Part shown: in pieces, positions 1 to 11,037 of the stretch
How positions within the stretch are numbered: position 1 is the stretch's first letter
Layout: the number at the start of each line of letters is the position of its first letter
The notes under the pieces: model-generated
What the model saw: only the letters and a program-made list of their open reading frames with translations
What the model was told of the DNA's origin: nothing
Databases searched by the model: none
Translations under genes and position numbers: made by a program
NCBI RefSeq assembly: GCF_001194135.2
Contig: NC_068990.1
Coordinates: 63,039,620-63,103,619, forward strand
Direction: 5' to 3'
From: Octopus bimaculoides
Taxonomy: Eukaryota
DNA length: 64,000 bases

Positions 1-26
<26 letters not shown>

Positions 27-31
<5 letters not shown>

Positions 32-130
32 CAGGCTTCTTTCAATTTCCGTCTACCAGATCCACTCAAACGGCTATAATAGAGGACACTTTCCTAAGGT
101 GCCACGTGGTGGGATTCAAACCGAACATAG
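27..130 (-). mobile_element. SINE family C, 5' half; the (TA)n at 1-26 is its internal microsatellite
   Basis: ggcttctttcaatttccgtctaccagatccactca...aggtgccac is the reverse complement of the body of the copy at 8456-8540. Confidence 0.7.
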
Positions 131-475
131 AACGCTTCACGAATTTCTGTGTCAACTTTGCGCAGTTTTATATACTTTGTATACCTGCATATGTTTTATA
201 TGCATCTATGTCATGTAATGCACTGAAATAGTATTTTATGTTATTGAAATGGTATTTCGATAATCACTCGTAACAGCTGTTGCAATGAAATATTAAATTC
301 CAAATATTCCAAATCCCGGTGTTTATGCTTATATCTCTGGACTTTCAAATCATGTTGAGTTTTGTGAGATGAAAGCTTATTTACATATCGACTTTTAATT
401 TGTTGGTGGTAACCGAGAATAAGAAATCACGGTTACTGGTTTTGTTTATATTTCCCCTGCTCATATATGTGTTTT

Positions 476-511
<36 letters not shown>

Positions 512-575
512 AGCAGAAAACAAGGTTAAAAATTAGTATTTGATTGTCAAAGGCAGAGTAGTATGCTCTTATTAA

Positions 576-690
576 AGCTTCAAAATTATCTCAGACTGTT
601 ACTCAGAGTTTCACGTTCCCATTCGTCGAACTGTCCGACGTACGGGAACGTGAAACTCTAAGTAACCGTTTTGGGATAATTCTGCAGCTT
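576..690. repeat. Fold-back (about 55-bp arms) with a hammerhead-like motif in each arm
   Basis: Perfect 16-bp inverted repeat agagtttcacgttccc (605-620) / gggaacgtgaaactct (644-659), extending imperfectly out to agct...agct. Confidence 0.85.
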
Positions 691-718
691 CAGTATGTAT
701 ATATATATATATATATAT

Positions 719-773
<55 letters not shown>

Positions 774-915
774 CCAAAATATGGTTTTTGATATTATAGC
801 AGAACATGGCTTTAGACACATTTCGATAAATCCAACAAATGAAATACTCATTATTTATATTATTTACATTTAAAGGATATTTGTCGTCATCTTGTTTGTA
901 GTAGTAGTAGTAGTA

Positions 916-964
<49 letters not shown>

Positions 965-982
965 TAATAATAATAATAATAA

Positions 983-1542
983 ATGCTCGGATGCAGTACC
1001 AGGCAGTGGCTGTCGTAGCTTCTGGTCTTAATTGATTGGAAGTGTTATCATGTACATTGTTTTGTCTTGGTATAAAAGATGGGCTACAGCAAATATTCTG
1101 CTCAATACCACAGATTTGCTTGTCAGTTGTTTGACCTTAACCAGTTGAGTATGTCACTTGGTGGCTGACGATATGTGCGTCTCTGATGATGAGCAGAAGT
1201 AGTGGGGGAGGGAGCATCATAGCCATGTGTTGAGAGGAATTCTTTGGGGTTTGAATAATTCACCTTTGGAGACATGGGTGTTTTGCTCAACATCCTTAAA
1301 CAAACCTTATTCATGGACCTTTTGAGCGGGATGGGCTCCTCAACCCGAAGAAAATTCTAACTGGGCCCCACTTGCGAGGTCATGCGCTGTTTATCTTGAT
1401 ATGAGATCACCATGTCCCTCACATATGGTTGTGATGCATGTGCCTGGTGCACCCTTATCAGACGGGTAGTCATGATGGGTATAATGGGCTTCGTATATTT
1501 TACCCCAGTGTCACTTTGATGGCATGCACTGCTTTCTCATTC
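983..1542. mobile_element. About 560-bp non-coding insertion embedded in a (TAA)n array
   Basis: More GC-rich than its flanks, sharply bounded by (TAA)n on both sides, no recognisable ORF; single copy in the window. Confidence 0.5.
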
Positions 1543-1589
1543 AATAATGATAATAATAATAATAATTAAAATAATAGTAATAATAATAA

Positions 1590-1793
1590 CAGCATCGAAA
1601 ATACTTTAAGAATGAGAACCTAGGTTCGAAATTTCCTCAAAACACCTGATGAAGGCTGGAGGGTATATCAGCCGAAGCGTTATGTTTACAACAATCAAGA
1701 TGAGGACAAATATCCGTCAAAGGTAAATAATGTAAATAATGTAAAAAATGTACGTAATTCCTCATCTCTTAAATATAGAACTGAAATTATATA
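1590..1793 (+). mobile_element. 3' module of the hammerhead-bearing element (same family as the arms of 7401-8079)
   Basis: Aligns by eye with 7929-8079 (+) and 7401-7580 (-), including the tail aattcctcatctcttaaatatagaactg. Confidence 0.9.
1640..1687 (+). ncRNA. Minimal type I hammerhead-like motif, degenerate copy
   Basis: CTGATGA 1646-1652, stem II GGCTG/CAGCC, GAAG instead of GAAA at 1674-1677, then CGTT. Confidence 0.45.
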
Positions 1794-3296
1794 CTCGTCT
1801 CATTCTTATTTACATTAACAAGAAGAAGAAAACAATAAAAAACTCACCGTCCGTGTGTAAATGTTATACGCATACTCAAGTGACTTCAAGTGGTCACGTT
1901 TCATTGTGTTTATATATAAAATTATGTAGAAGCTCATATGTTTCTATGGATAGCTATACGATGGTACCCACGTATACACTGAACCAAACATACGCAAACA
2001 CATGTGCACACAACACAGTACGCACACACTCAGGCATACATACATACATACATACATACATACATTCATATACATACATACATATATATGTGTGTGTGTG
2101 TGTGTGTACATGTATGATTATGTATTATACAAACATGTTTGTGTACATCTGACAGTATGAAGAGAACGGAGAAGAATGATTATTGAAAGATAAAGAAAGT
2201 GAATTACAGTTAAAACAATATTTTACTGTTTTCTTTTGCTATATTTGCCAGGTAAGTTTTAATGTGTGTATGTAGAAGACATCTTCAATTCTTCAATGTG
2301 TATATACGGAGAAACATTTCCATTCTTCTGTGTATGTGTATAGAATTACCTCTGTTCTTTAATGTCTTTTGTTTTCTCGGCCATCACTGTAGTTTTTCTC
2401 CGCTGAAACAGCGCCATGCACAAGATTAATCACCTGAATGAAAAAAAAAAATAAATAAAATAATTCCTTTAGATTCGGTCAGTTACCCAAACAGCGCCAT
2501 CCTTCCGCGAGACTGACTTACAAGGTTTGATCAGCCACTGAAAGGCAATCAATAGATCGATCCTCCGCCCTTATGACCAATTGGCTTAGCAAAAGATGTT
2601 GATTTCTATAAACATTTTAGAAAAACTTTCTGACTTGCAGCTTTGTGTAAAGGTCAGTAATTTTAGATTGATTTCTTGATGTGAAAATTGTAATTTCATT
2701 GGTCTAGTAGAGTTTGTTTGCGACATTGACCTGTCGGACTTTTTATTGAATAATGCTACAATTGAATGTGTATTTAGTTTATCACTGGACTCTGTTTACC
2801 TTAAATGAAATAATCAAAGAACTCCCGGACAGGAAAAAAACCTTTTTCTTCTTTTTTTTTCTCGTGTTCTATCAGTCCCACTTTCCTTCTACTGACATTG
2901 AAACCTTCGCATATTTACGGTTGTTTGATGTCAAAACATAACTTCTAAATGTATTGTCTTATATTTGGGGGCAATATCTTAAATTGAAAATATATATTGA
3001 TCTTTTCTTTTGAAGCAGAAGGATAAGTAAGGAACAGTCGTCTGAATCAACCAAAGCTGGAAGATAGAATGTAACGCGACATTGATCACAATTTTATGTT
3101 TGAAACATAGGCGACTGAGTACAAAGTTGTCGTCAAATCACCTGCGTTGGTATTGAAAAAATCACCACTTTCTTATTTGTATTGATGAAGAGAAGCGAAA
3201 GCTATCACATAAGCTCAACGCATTACTCTGTGCCAATAGAGACACAGAGAGACAATCGGAGATAGAGAAACAGTCAGAGACTGAGACAAATTGGTC

Positions 3297-3359
<63 letters not shown>

Positions 3360-3661
3360 TGATAAACTAACAGATACACACACATATATATTATATATTA
3401 TATATATATATATACACAGATCTCGGCAGCGCCAAACACCTTTGTTCGACTGCATCTATTCTCCTCTATGCTTGATACATAGAAATTGTTATTTTGTTAT
3501 ATATTTCTACATTGCCTTGTAAAACATGCATCTTCTACGGGATAATGCGTACCCCAACCAAACAACTATATTTGATTTGTTTTGCATGACGAACAGTAAT
3601 ATTTCTTCATGAACAAAAGGACTTGCTTCTTGTCACTGCTTGTAAAAACAGTAAAGATACC

Positions 3662-3998
3662 TCGCCCCTTCAGTCATGAATGACCATGGTATTGCACCTA
3701 GAAAGTTACCCTCCGAGGAAGAAGTCCAAGCAAGGTTGTTTATGGAAGACCGGCAGTAGCACATGCACATCAGTCTCCACGCCACTGATGTTATCCAAAG
3801 TTGAGGCAAAGGCCAATACAGCTTGACACTAGTGACGTCGCAACTTATTTCTACAAATGAGTGAACTGGAGCACCGTGAAATAAAGTGTCTTGCTCAAGT
3901 TCACAACACAACACAACACAATACACAACCCGATCTGGGAATCGAACTCACTACCTCATGACTATGAGCCCGACGCTCTAACTTCTGAGCCATGCGCT
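3662..3998 (-). mobile_element. tRNA-derived SINE family D
   Basis: Minus strand A box TGGCTCAGAAG (3982-3992) and B box GTTCGATTCC (3938-3947), followed by cttgagcaagacacttt resembling the conserved central domains of SINE superfamilies. Confidence 0.7.
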
Positions 3999-4811
3999 GT
4001 CAGTGCATGTATCGACGTGAATTACTGTATATCGTTAACCCATGACAACGCAGTAACTATCCTGTCACTTATATTTTATATCTCCACAGTTATCAACTCA
4101 AGATTAAAAATAGACAGTGCAGTTTGCAGAGTAAGGAATGTATTAAAAATTATATTAGTGACGTGTTTGTTCTGATATAAATTTATGTATCTATAAACAA
4201 CGTTTGCGTAATGCAAAGAGATTTGAGTCGAGGCTTGCCGGTAACTAGATGCACCAAACATCTCTGTCATATCATTAGTCCTGTCAGAAAGGTAGGCTAT
4301 ATAGATATTACATAAACGAATGCTTAGTTAAGAGTAGAACATTTGCTTTTTTTAAGGACTCCCTTGGTGGGTTATGGTCATGAGTTTCTCGACATTAAAA
4401 GAAGTTTCTGTAAAGTAAAATATTTATAAAACGAAACTCCAAAATGTGATTGGTGTGAGGAATTAATGCAGCCGTGTCATGTGTACACGTATGCAGTAAA
4501 TGTGTGGTCATCACCAGTCAGATAAAGAAACAAATACTGGATATTAAAAAATGAAATTCTGATTATGAAAAGATGGTTTATCGTCTCATGTTAATATAAT
4601 GAAGAGAGCCAAAAAAAAAAAAAAATGTCCTCAAAGTAGTCAAACAAATACCAACTAGGATATTAGATAAATACCTCCGAGTGGTAAACAAGAGCGGGAG
4701 CAACCAATCAAGCCTTTGAAGAGCTATACTTGTTCCGTGATTTTCATGCACAGTCACGTAGATATGCACAGATACAAATACAGACAGTGACACACGAGCA
4801 TACGCATATTG

Positions 4812-5011
4812 ATTTCAAATTTTGGCACAAAGCTAGCAATTGTGAGGGAGGCTGCAAGTGGATTACATCGACCCCAGTGCGCAATCAGTACTTGTTTTAT
4901 CGACCTCGAAAGCAAAGTCGACCTCGGTGGTATTTGAACTCAGAACGTAAAGTAGAAAGAAATGCCGCTAAGCATTTTCACCGGCACGGTAGCAATTCTG
5001 CCAGATCGCCA
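4812..5011 (-). mobile_element. SINE family A copy
   Basis: aaagtcgacctcggtggtatttgaactcagaacgt...ctaagcatt...attctgccag matches copies at 8952-9902 and 14951-15163. Confidence 0.85.
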
Positions 5012-6042
5012 CGACATATATGTGTTAGTGTATACGCATGCGGGAGAATGAGGGTGTATACTGGAAATCTAAAATAACAAAACTTTTTAATTTACCATAT
5101 ATTTTACCTGACATATTTGTAGCTTATATAACTTGGAATTACTTCCTTAATTAAGATGTGTAAGGATGTGTATAATGAGGGAAATGTTCAGCAAAGAACA
5201 CAACGTTAAGGGATTTAAAAATTAGTATTTACAGCTTGATGTCTTCATTTTAATGTTTGGGGTCTCATCGAGATTATTGTAAAATGCGATTATTTTTAAA
5301 TAGGATTAATTTTAAATAGGAATCTCTGAAACTGTGCAAAGGCATTCTTGTTCTGATAGATTAACAGTAATTAAATAGTAATCATATTAGTTTAATATGG
5401 AAATAGCGTGAAAAACTGCAGTAGAGGTATGTGTCAGTGAATTAACCAGTTTACAAGATATTTGTTTTGTGTAAGAAAACCATTGTTTTTATCCAGGGAA
5501 CCAGGAAGAAACAGTAATCGATGATCGAATCATTTGAATATATAATATGTTCAGACAAAGAAGCTGAAGGTAGCGGTAGCTTTTAGAGGAAGAACTTGTG
5601 AAATTGTTAATTATACGAGAAGTGCATGAAAACCTATTAAAAGACAAGTAATTGCGAAATAACAGATTGTTTTTCTTATTAGCCAAGCCAAAGGAATGTT
5701 CTCTTTATTTAAAGTAAAGGATTATTCAATACTTTTTGTAGAGTACACATTATTCTTTAACAAGCGTAGTATTGACAGTAACTTCAAAGTTTTGGATTGT
5801 TAAGACATCATCGGACTGCCCGGTGATGGAAATGCTTAATTTATTTTACTCTACTAAATTTATTCTTTCTATTATGCCATGCATTCGTCATTCTTTAAAT
5901 ACAGCATTACATTTTGAGTTGTCTGTCTTAAAAGATGACACTGTCTTTATATTGCCCAGGTCAACCTTGAACGAGCAAATTTATGATCGAAAGCATTAAA
6001 GTCATGATGATTTCCCGTTCCTCTTCTTATTATGTAAAATAG

Positions 6043-6073
<31 letters not shown>

Positions 6074-6082
6074 AGTGTGTGC

Positions 6083-6121
<39 letters not shown>

Positions 6122-7104
6122 TGTGTGAGTGTGTGTGTGTGTGTGTGTGTGTTCACTTTTCACGCGAAAACGGCTGCGCAAATTGCTTCCATACTTGGGA
6201 TGCCTGAATAATTTGACCTCAGATACATAATAGGCTCTTCAGGATATTTTTTTTCATTGAAAATAAATAATATTGCTATATATATAAAAGGGTTTCTTCT
6301 ATAAAAGGGTTTCTCACTGTCAACTTCCCGTATTGACGTATCAACAGCAAAATTTTCCGCTTTCATTTGTAAAACATTTTACTCCCTATTTTAATGTTTT
6401 CATTTCAAGTTTTAATTCGTTATCTGCAAACAACTACGATAAATTACTGAAAGAAATATTTACTAAGTTCACAAATTTCGCTTGAAACCGCATACTTCGT
6501 TAATTTCCTTTAAAAGCTTTTATTTATTTACTTTTTATGCTCCGTGTTCAGCGCCATGTATTTGTTGTCAGTCACAGATGTACACGTGTGTTTTTGCATG
6601 TACGTTTGTCTACATTTACGTATATGTGTGAGAGAGAGAAGCAGAGGGAGAGAGAAAGGCAGAGAGAGAGAGAGAGAGAGGGGGCAGAGGGTGAGAGAGA
6701 GACAGAGGGAGAGAGATAGGCAAAGAGAGAGAGAGAGAGTGAAGGGATGTGTTGTCATGTATACGTACATGCATAAATAGATATGCATGCATTTTTCTTT
6801 TATGTGTGTGCGCGCGTGTGTGTATGTGTGTGTGTGAGAGAGAGAGAGATGTCTAAGTGGCACTCACTCTCTCTCTTACACACGCACACACATACAAAAA
6901 AGATGTATGCATATTTATTTATGTATGTACGTGTACAAGACAACACACCTAACTTTCTCTCTCTCATACACACACATAACCATTTCATCTGATGTTTGAT
7001 ACTGTATGCCTGTGTACGAGTGTGTGTGTGTGGGCGCACGCCCGGCGGTCCACAGTCGCCATTTATTTCAATCATTCAAATAACTCATTTTTTCATTTCA
7101 TCCC

Positions 7105-7400
7105 CATTTTAATTTTCGAAAACGTTTCCGAGAACAATGTTCTCACTCTGTACAAGAGGAGACGGAGTAGATGTAGATGATCAGTATTCTACAGCGAAGC
7201 AAAGACGAGTACAGGAGCCAGAGTCAATGTTAAATTATGCAACTCTGTTAATTCTATTAAGTATGTATGCAAATATATAAACATAAGTTTAAATGCTGCA
7301 ACATACACTCTTATGCAGAATGGCTGTCAGCAGATAAATAAAAATGACGAAGATGAACGGTATGGCAGAGGAGATACACCAGTACCTACCAATGAGACTT
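7105..7400 (+). pseudogene. Helitron Rep (HUH nuclease) remnant, 5' part
   Basis: One frame from 7217: ARVNVKLCNSVNSIKYVCKYINISLNAATY...NDEDERYGRGDTPVPTNET, matching Helitron AHINVE.C.SVKSIKYICKY..KG...NDEI..Y..GRY.S.NEA. Confidence 0.8.
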
Positions 7401-7488
7401 CAGTTCTATATTCAAGAGATGAGGAATTATGTACATTATTTACATTATTTACATTTGACGGATATTTGTCCCCATCTGGTTTATTATT

Positions 7489-7536
7489 AACACAATGTTT
7501 CGGCTGATATACTCTCCAGCCTTCATCAGGTGTCTT
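7489..7536 (-). ncRNA. Minimal type I hammerhead-like motif (left arm)
   Basis: Minus strand: AAGACAC CTGATGA A GGCTG-gagagtatat-CAGCC GAAA CATT GTGTT; stems I and II intact. Confidence 0.6.
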
Positions 7537-7605
7537 GGGGAAATTTCGAACCCTGGTTTCTCCTTCCTAAAGTATTTTACGATGTTGTTGTTGTTGTTGA
7601 TGTTG

Positions 7606-7651
<46 letters not shown>

Positions 7652-7661
7652 CATCATTATC

Positions 7662-7722
<61 letters not shown>

Positions 7723-7787
7723 TCACTGCCTGGAATCGAACTCGGCATCTTGGGGTTCTTACATTACGCCATATGGCCACGGGCATA

Positions 7788-7842
7788 TGGCGTAGTGGTT
7801 AAGAGCACGGGCTACCAACCCTAAGATTCCGAGTTTGATTCC
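7788..7842 (+). promoter_or_regulatory. Internal Pol III promoter (A and B boxes) of the right arm
   Basis: A box TGGCGTAGTGG 7788-7798, B box GTTTGATTCC 7833-7842; the left arm has a perfect GTTCGATTCC on the minus strand at 7732-7741. Confidence 0.7.
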
Positions 7843-7851
7843 AGGCAGTGA

Positions 7852-7920
<69 letters not shown>

Positions 7921-7977
7921 CAACAATAACATCGGAAAATACCTTAGGAATGAGAACCCAGGTTCGAAATTTCCCCA

Positions 7978-8024
7978 AGACACCTGATGAAGGCTGGAGG
8001 GTATATCAGCTGAAACGTTATGTT
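7978..8024 (+). ncRNA. Minimal type I hammerhead-like motif (right arm)
   Basis: AGACAC CTGATGA (7984-7990) A GGCTG...CAGCT GAAA (8012-8015) CGTT ATGTT. Confidence 0.6.
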
Positions 8025-8079
8025 AACAACAAACAAGGTGAGGACAAATATCCGTCAAATGTAAATAATGTAAACAATG

Positions 8080-8455
8080 TACCAATGAGACTTTTTGGCG
8101 CATCTTCAATTTTCCCGTTCATGAAAGGATCCCAGCCATCATCCATCTGAGTGTCCATCTAGAGAATGACCACAGGGCTATCGTTACAAAGCAAACAGCA
8201 TTGTATGTAACAAGCACTTTCTCCAAAAGAAACTACCCTTACTGCTTTTTTAAGTGGTGTGAAGTAGATGAAGATGCAAGAAAACTCCTTTACCCACAAT
8301 TACCCAAGTATTACAACTGGAGAAACAACAAATAGCACAAGAGGAAACGCTGGGGCTGACGCTCTTGCAAGAGTTCACAGTGTTCAGCCAAGCTAATCAG
8401 ATTGCTACTACTTACGGCTCCTTTGGCATGAAATACGGGGTCCCAAATCATTCCA
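8080..8455 (+). pseudogene. Helitron Rep remnant, 3' part
   Basis: TNETFWRIFNFPVHERIPAIIHLSVHLEND, then with frameshifts and stops ETTLTAF, KWCEVDEDARKLLYPQLPKYYNW, LARVHSVQP, CYYLRLLWHEIRGPKSF. Confidence 0.85.
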
Positions 8456-8785
8456 CCTTGGGCAAGTATCTTCCACTATAGCCTCGGGCCGACCAAAGCC
8501 TTGTGAGTGGATTTGGTAGACGGAAACTGAAAGAAGCCCATCGTATATATGTATACATATATGTATGTATGTGTGTTTATGTGTCTGTGTCTGTCCCCCA
8601 CCATCGCTTGACAACCGATGCTGGTGTGCTTATGTCCCCGTAACTTAGCGGTTCAGCAAAAAGAGACCGATAGAATAAGTACTAGGTTTACAAAGAATAA
8701 GTCTTGGGGTCCATTTGCTCGACTAAAGGCGGTGCTCCAGCATGGCCGCAGTCAAATGACTGAAACAAGTAAAAGAGTAAAAGAG
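8456..8785 (+). mobile_element. SINE family C (5'-truncated) with internal TA/TG microsatellite
   Basis: accttgggcaagt CORE-like motif, internal (TA)/(TG) tract near 8545-8590, tail gaaacaagtaaaagagtaaaagag; relatives at 27-130 and 30300-30536. Confidence 0.8.
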
Positions 8786-8951
8786 CAGATGAATGAAGGT
8801 GCAAACACGTGCGCGTATACACAAGCATACTCGCATCCACAGAAGCAGTCATGCACTCGCCATCGGCAGGAAAGGTGAAAAAAGACTGCAATGAGTGTGG
8901 AAAAGATAATAAATTAAAAGCTTGTGATAAATAGTAATAATAATAATAATA

Positions 8952-9127
8952 ATCCTGTGTACTAAAGGCACAAGGCCTCAAATTTCAGGGGAAGGGAAAT
9001 AGTCGATTACATCCATCCCAGTGTTTCACTGGTACTTAATTTATCGACACCCAAAGGATGAAAGGCAAAGTCGACCTCAGAGGAATTTGAACTCAGAACG
9101 TAAGGTCAGACAAAATGCCACTATGCC

Positions 9128-9164
<37 letters not shown>

Positions 9165-9371
9165 TCCTTTCTACCATAGGCACAAAGCTTGTAATTTTGT
9201 GGAGGGGAATAGTTGATTTTATCGACTCCGGTGCGTAACAGGTTCTTATTTCATCGCCCCCGAAAGTCGACCTCGGTGGAATTAGAGCGCTGAACGTACA
9301 GACAGACGACGTGCCGCTAATCATAATGACCGGCGTGCTAACGATTCTGCCAGCTCACCGCCTTAGTAATG

Positions 9372-9420
<49 letters not shown>

Positions 9421-9902
9421 CAACAACAACAACAACAATAATAACAACAACAAAAACAACAATAACAATAATCCTTTCTACTAAAGGCACAAGGTCGGAA
9501 ATTTCGGGGGAGTTGAATAGTCGATTACATCGACGCCACTGTTTCACTGGTACTTAATTCAGTGACCTCGAAAGGATGAAAGGCAAAGTCGACTTCAGCG
9601 AAATTTGAACTCAGAACGTAAGGACGGATGAAATGTCGCAAGGCATTTTGCCGGTGTGCTAACGATTCTGTCACCTCACCGCCTTAATAAGAATTATAAT
9701 CCTTTCTACTATAGGCACAAGGCCTGCAATTTTGTGGAGGGCGATAGTCGATTACATCGACCCCAGTGCGTAACTAGTATTTATTTTAAGGATCAAAGGC
9801 AAAGTAGACCTCGGCGGAATTTGAACGCTGAACGTGCAGACAAACGAAATGCCGCTAAGCATTTCAACCGGCGTGCTAACGATTCTGCCAGCTCACCACC
9901 TT
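8952..9902 (-). mobile_element. Tandem array of four SINE family A copies separated by (TAA)/(CAA) repeats
   Basis: Units at 8952-9129, 9164-9364, 9471-9685 and 9699-9902, all in the same orientation. Confidence 0.9.
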
Positions 9903-10852
9903 AAGAAATAATAATATAATAGACACAAAGGAAGTAAGGAGCAAAGAAGATGTTTTATGGGGTTCCCTGGAGCGAAATATATAATTCTACTTGTCCCTTA
10001 TATTTTGGCTATGTTTCATAATACCACACTAAATGTACACGAATACAAATGTTTACTGTTATTGATTTAAATGCTTTCATTATTTTGTACTTTGATTCTT
10101 ATTAATTTCTCTTATTTATTATTATTATTTTTTTTAGCATCTCAGAATTACTTCGGTGATGTCTTCCTATTTAATATCTATCTGTTTATTTTCCCCTTTT
10201 TGTCTTTCCTTTTTATTCTTTCATTATTATACTTATGTTATCCAGTTGCGATGCTTGCAAGGATTAACTATAGCAGCAGCATTATTTCGCTACCCATAGT
10301 TTTATCTCTAGACTGTGCATTGACGGAGATAACTGTGCTAATACCCCACGTAACCAACCGAACAGTCACTTAGATTTCATCAAATTCAGTGTACTCTAGG
10401 AAGGTGCAGATTCACCCGAGTCATCCTTGAATGTTAGGAAAACATCACTAACGGAATTTGGATATATTTCAACTATTGCGGAACTAGTAGTGAAAGTAGA
10501 TAGTGATGAAGACATTTGGAGAATGTGTTAATTTCTATCACTTGGAGTTGTTGTGAATGAAAGCAACAGCTATTCTAGGATGTTGGTGTGATTCATGTTG
10601 CTTGCGCCTACTACATATCTGTAGAAGTTTCTGAGATCCGGAAGGGAATTTCAGGAACAACTTTTTTCATTCTTATTCGAAATCAACAAATAATTTATAT
10701 TAGTTCTACCTTCCAAATGCTTAGAAACAACGAAGTTCATAGATAGATGGGGTATAACAATTAAATTATATATTAACTATTTGAATTTAGTACAAAACTG
10801 AGGTGGTGTCTGTGTCTATCTATGTATCTATTTTTGTTTTTCTGTCTGTCTC

Positions 10853-10884
<32 letters not shown>

Positions 10885-10992
10885 NNNNNNNNNNNNNNNN
10901 NNNNNNNNNNNNNNNNNNNNNNNNNNNNNNNNNNNNNNNNNNNNNNNNNNNNNNNNNNNNNNNNNNNNNNNNNNNNNNNNNNNNNNNNNNNN
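10885..10992. other. Assembly gap; other gaps at 12992-13012, 13990-14012, 30989-31437, 37085-37198, 38450-38788, 43415-43506
   Basis: Runs of N, mostly bounded by dinucleotide microsatellites. Confidence 0.99.

Positions 10993-11037
<45 letters not shown>

Larger units (their letters stand above)
7401..8079. mobile_element. Fold-back element: head-to-head tRNA-headed units with (TAA)n spacer and hammerhead-like tail, 14-bp TSD
   Basis: Left arm 7401-7779 is the reverse complement of right arm 7780-8079; central palindrome tacgccatatg/catatggcgta; TACCAATGAGACTT at 7387-7400 and 8080-8093. Confidence 0.9.

Noticed and set aside
5955-6022. Possible fifth SINE tail, also near 53530-53600
   Set aside because: Too short and degenerate to support from this window alone.
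7137-7280. Exon-like frame GDGVDVDDQYSTAKQRRVQEPES with a gtatgt donor
   Set aside because: Falls inside the frameshifted Helitron Rep remnant.
7781-7857. tRNA gene candidates here and in SINE heads (3930-3998, 13560-13634, 16685-16757, 27050-27126)
   Set aside because: A and B boxes are present but there is no proper cloverleaf or acceptor stem; they are heads of repeats.
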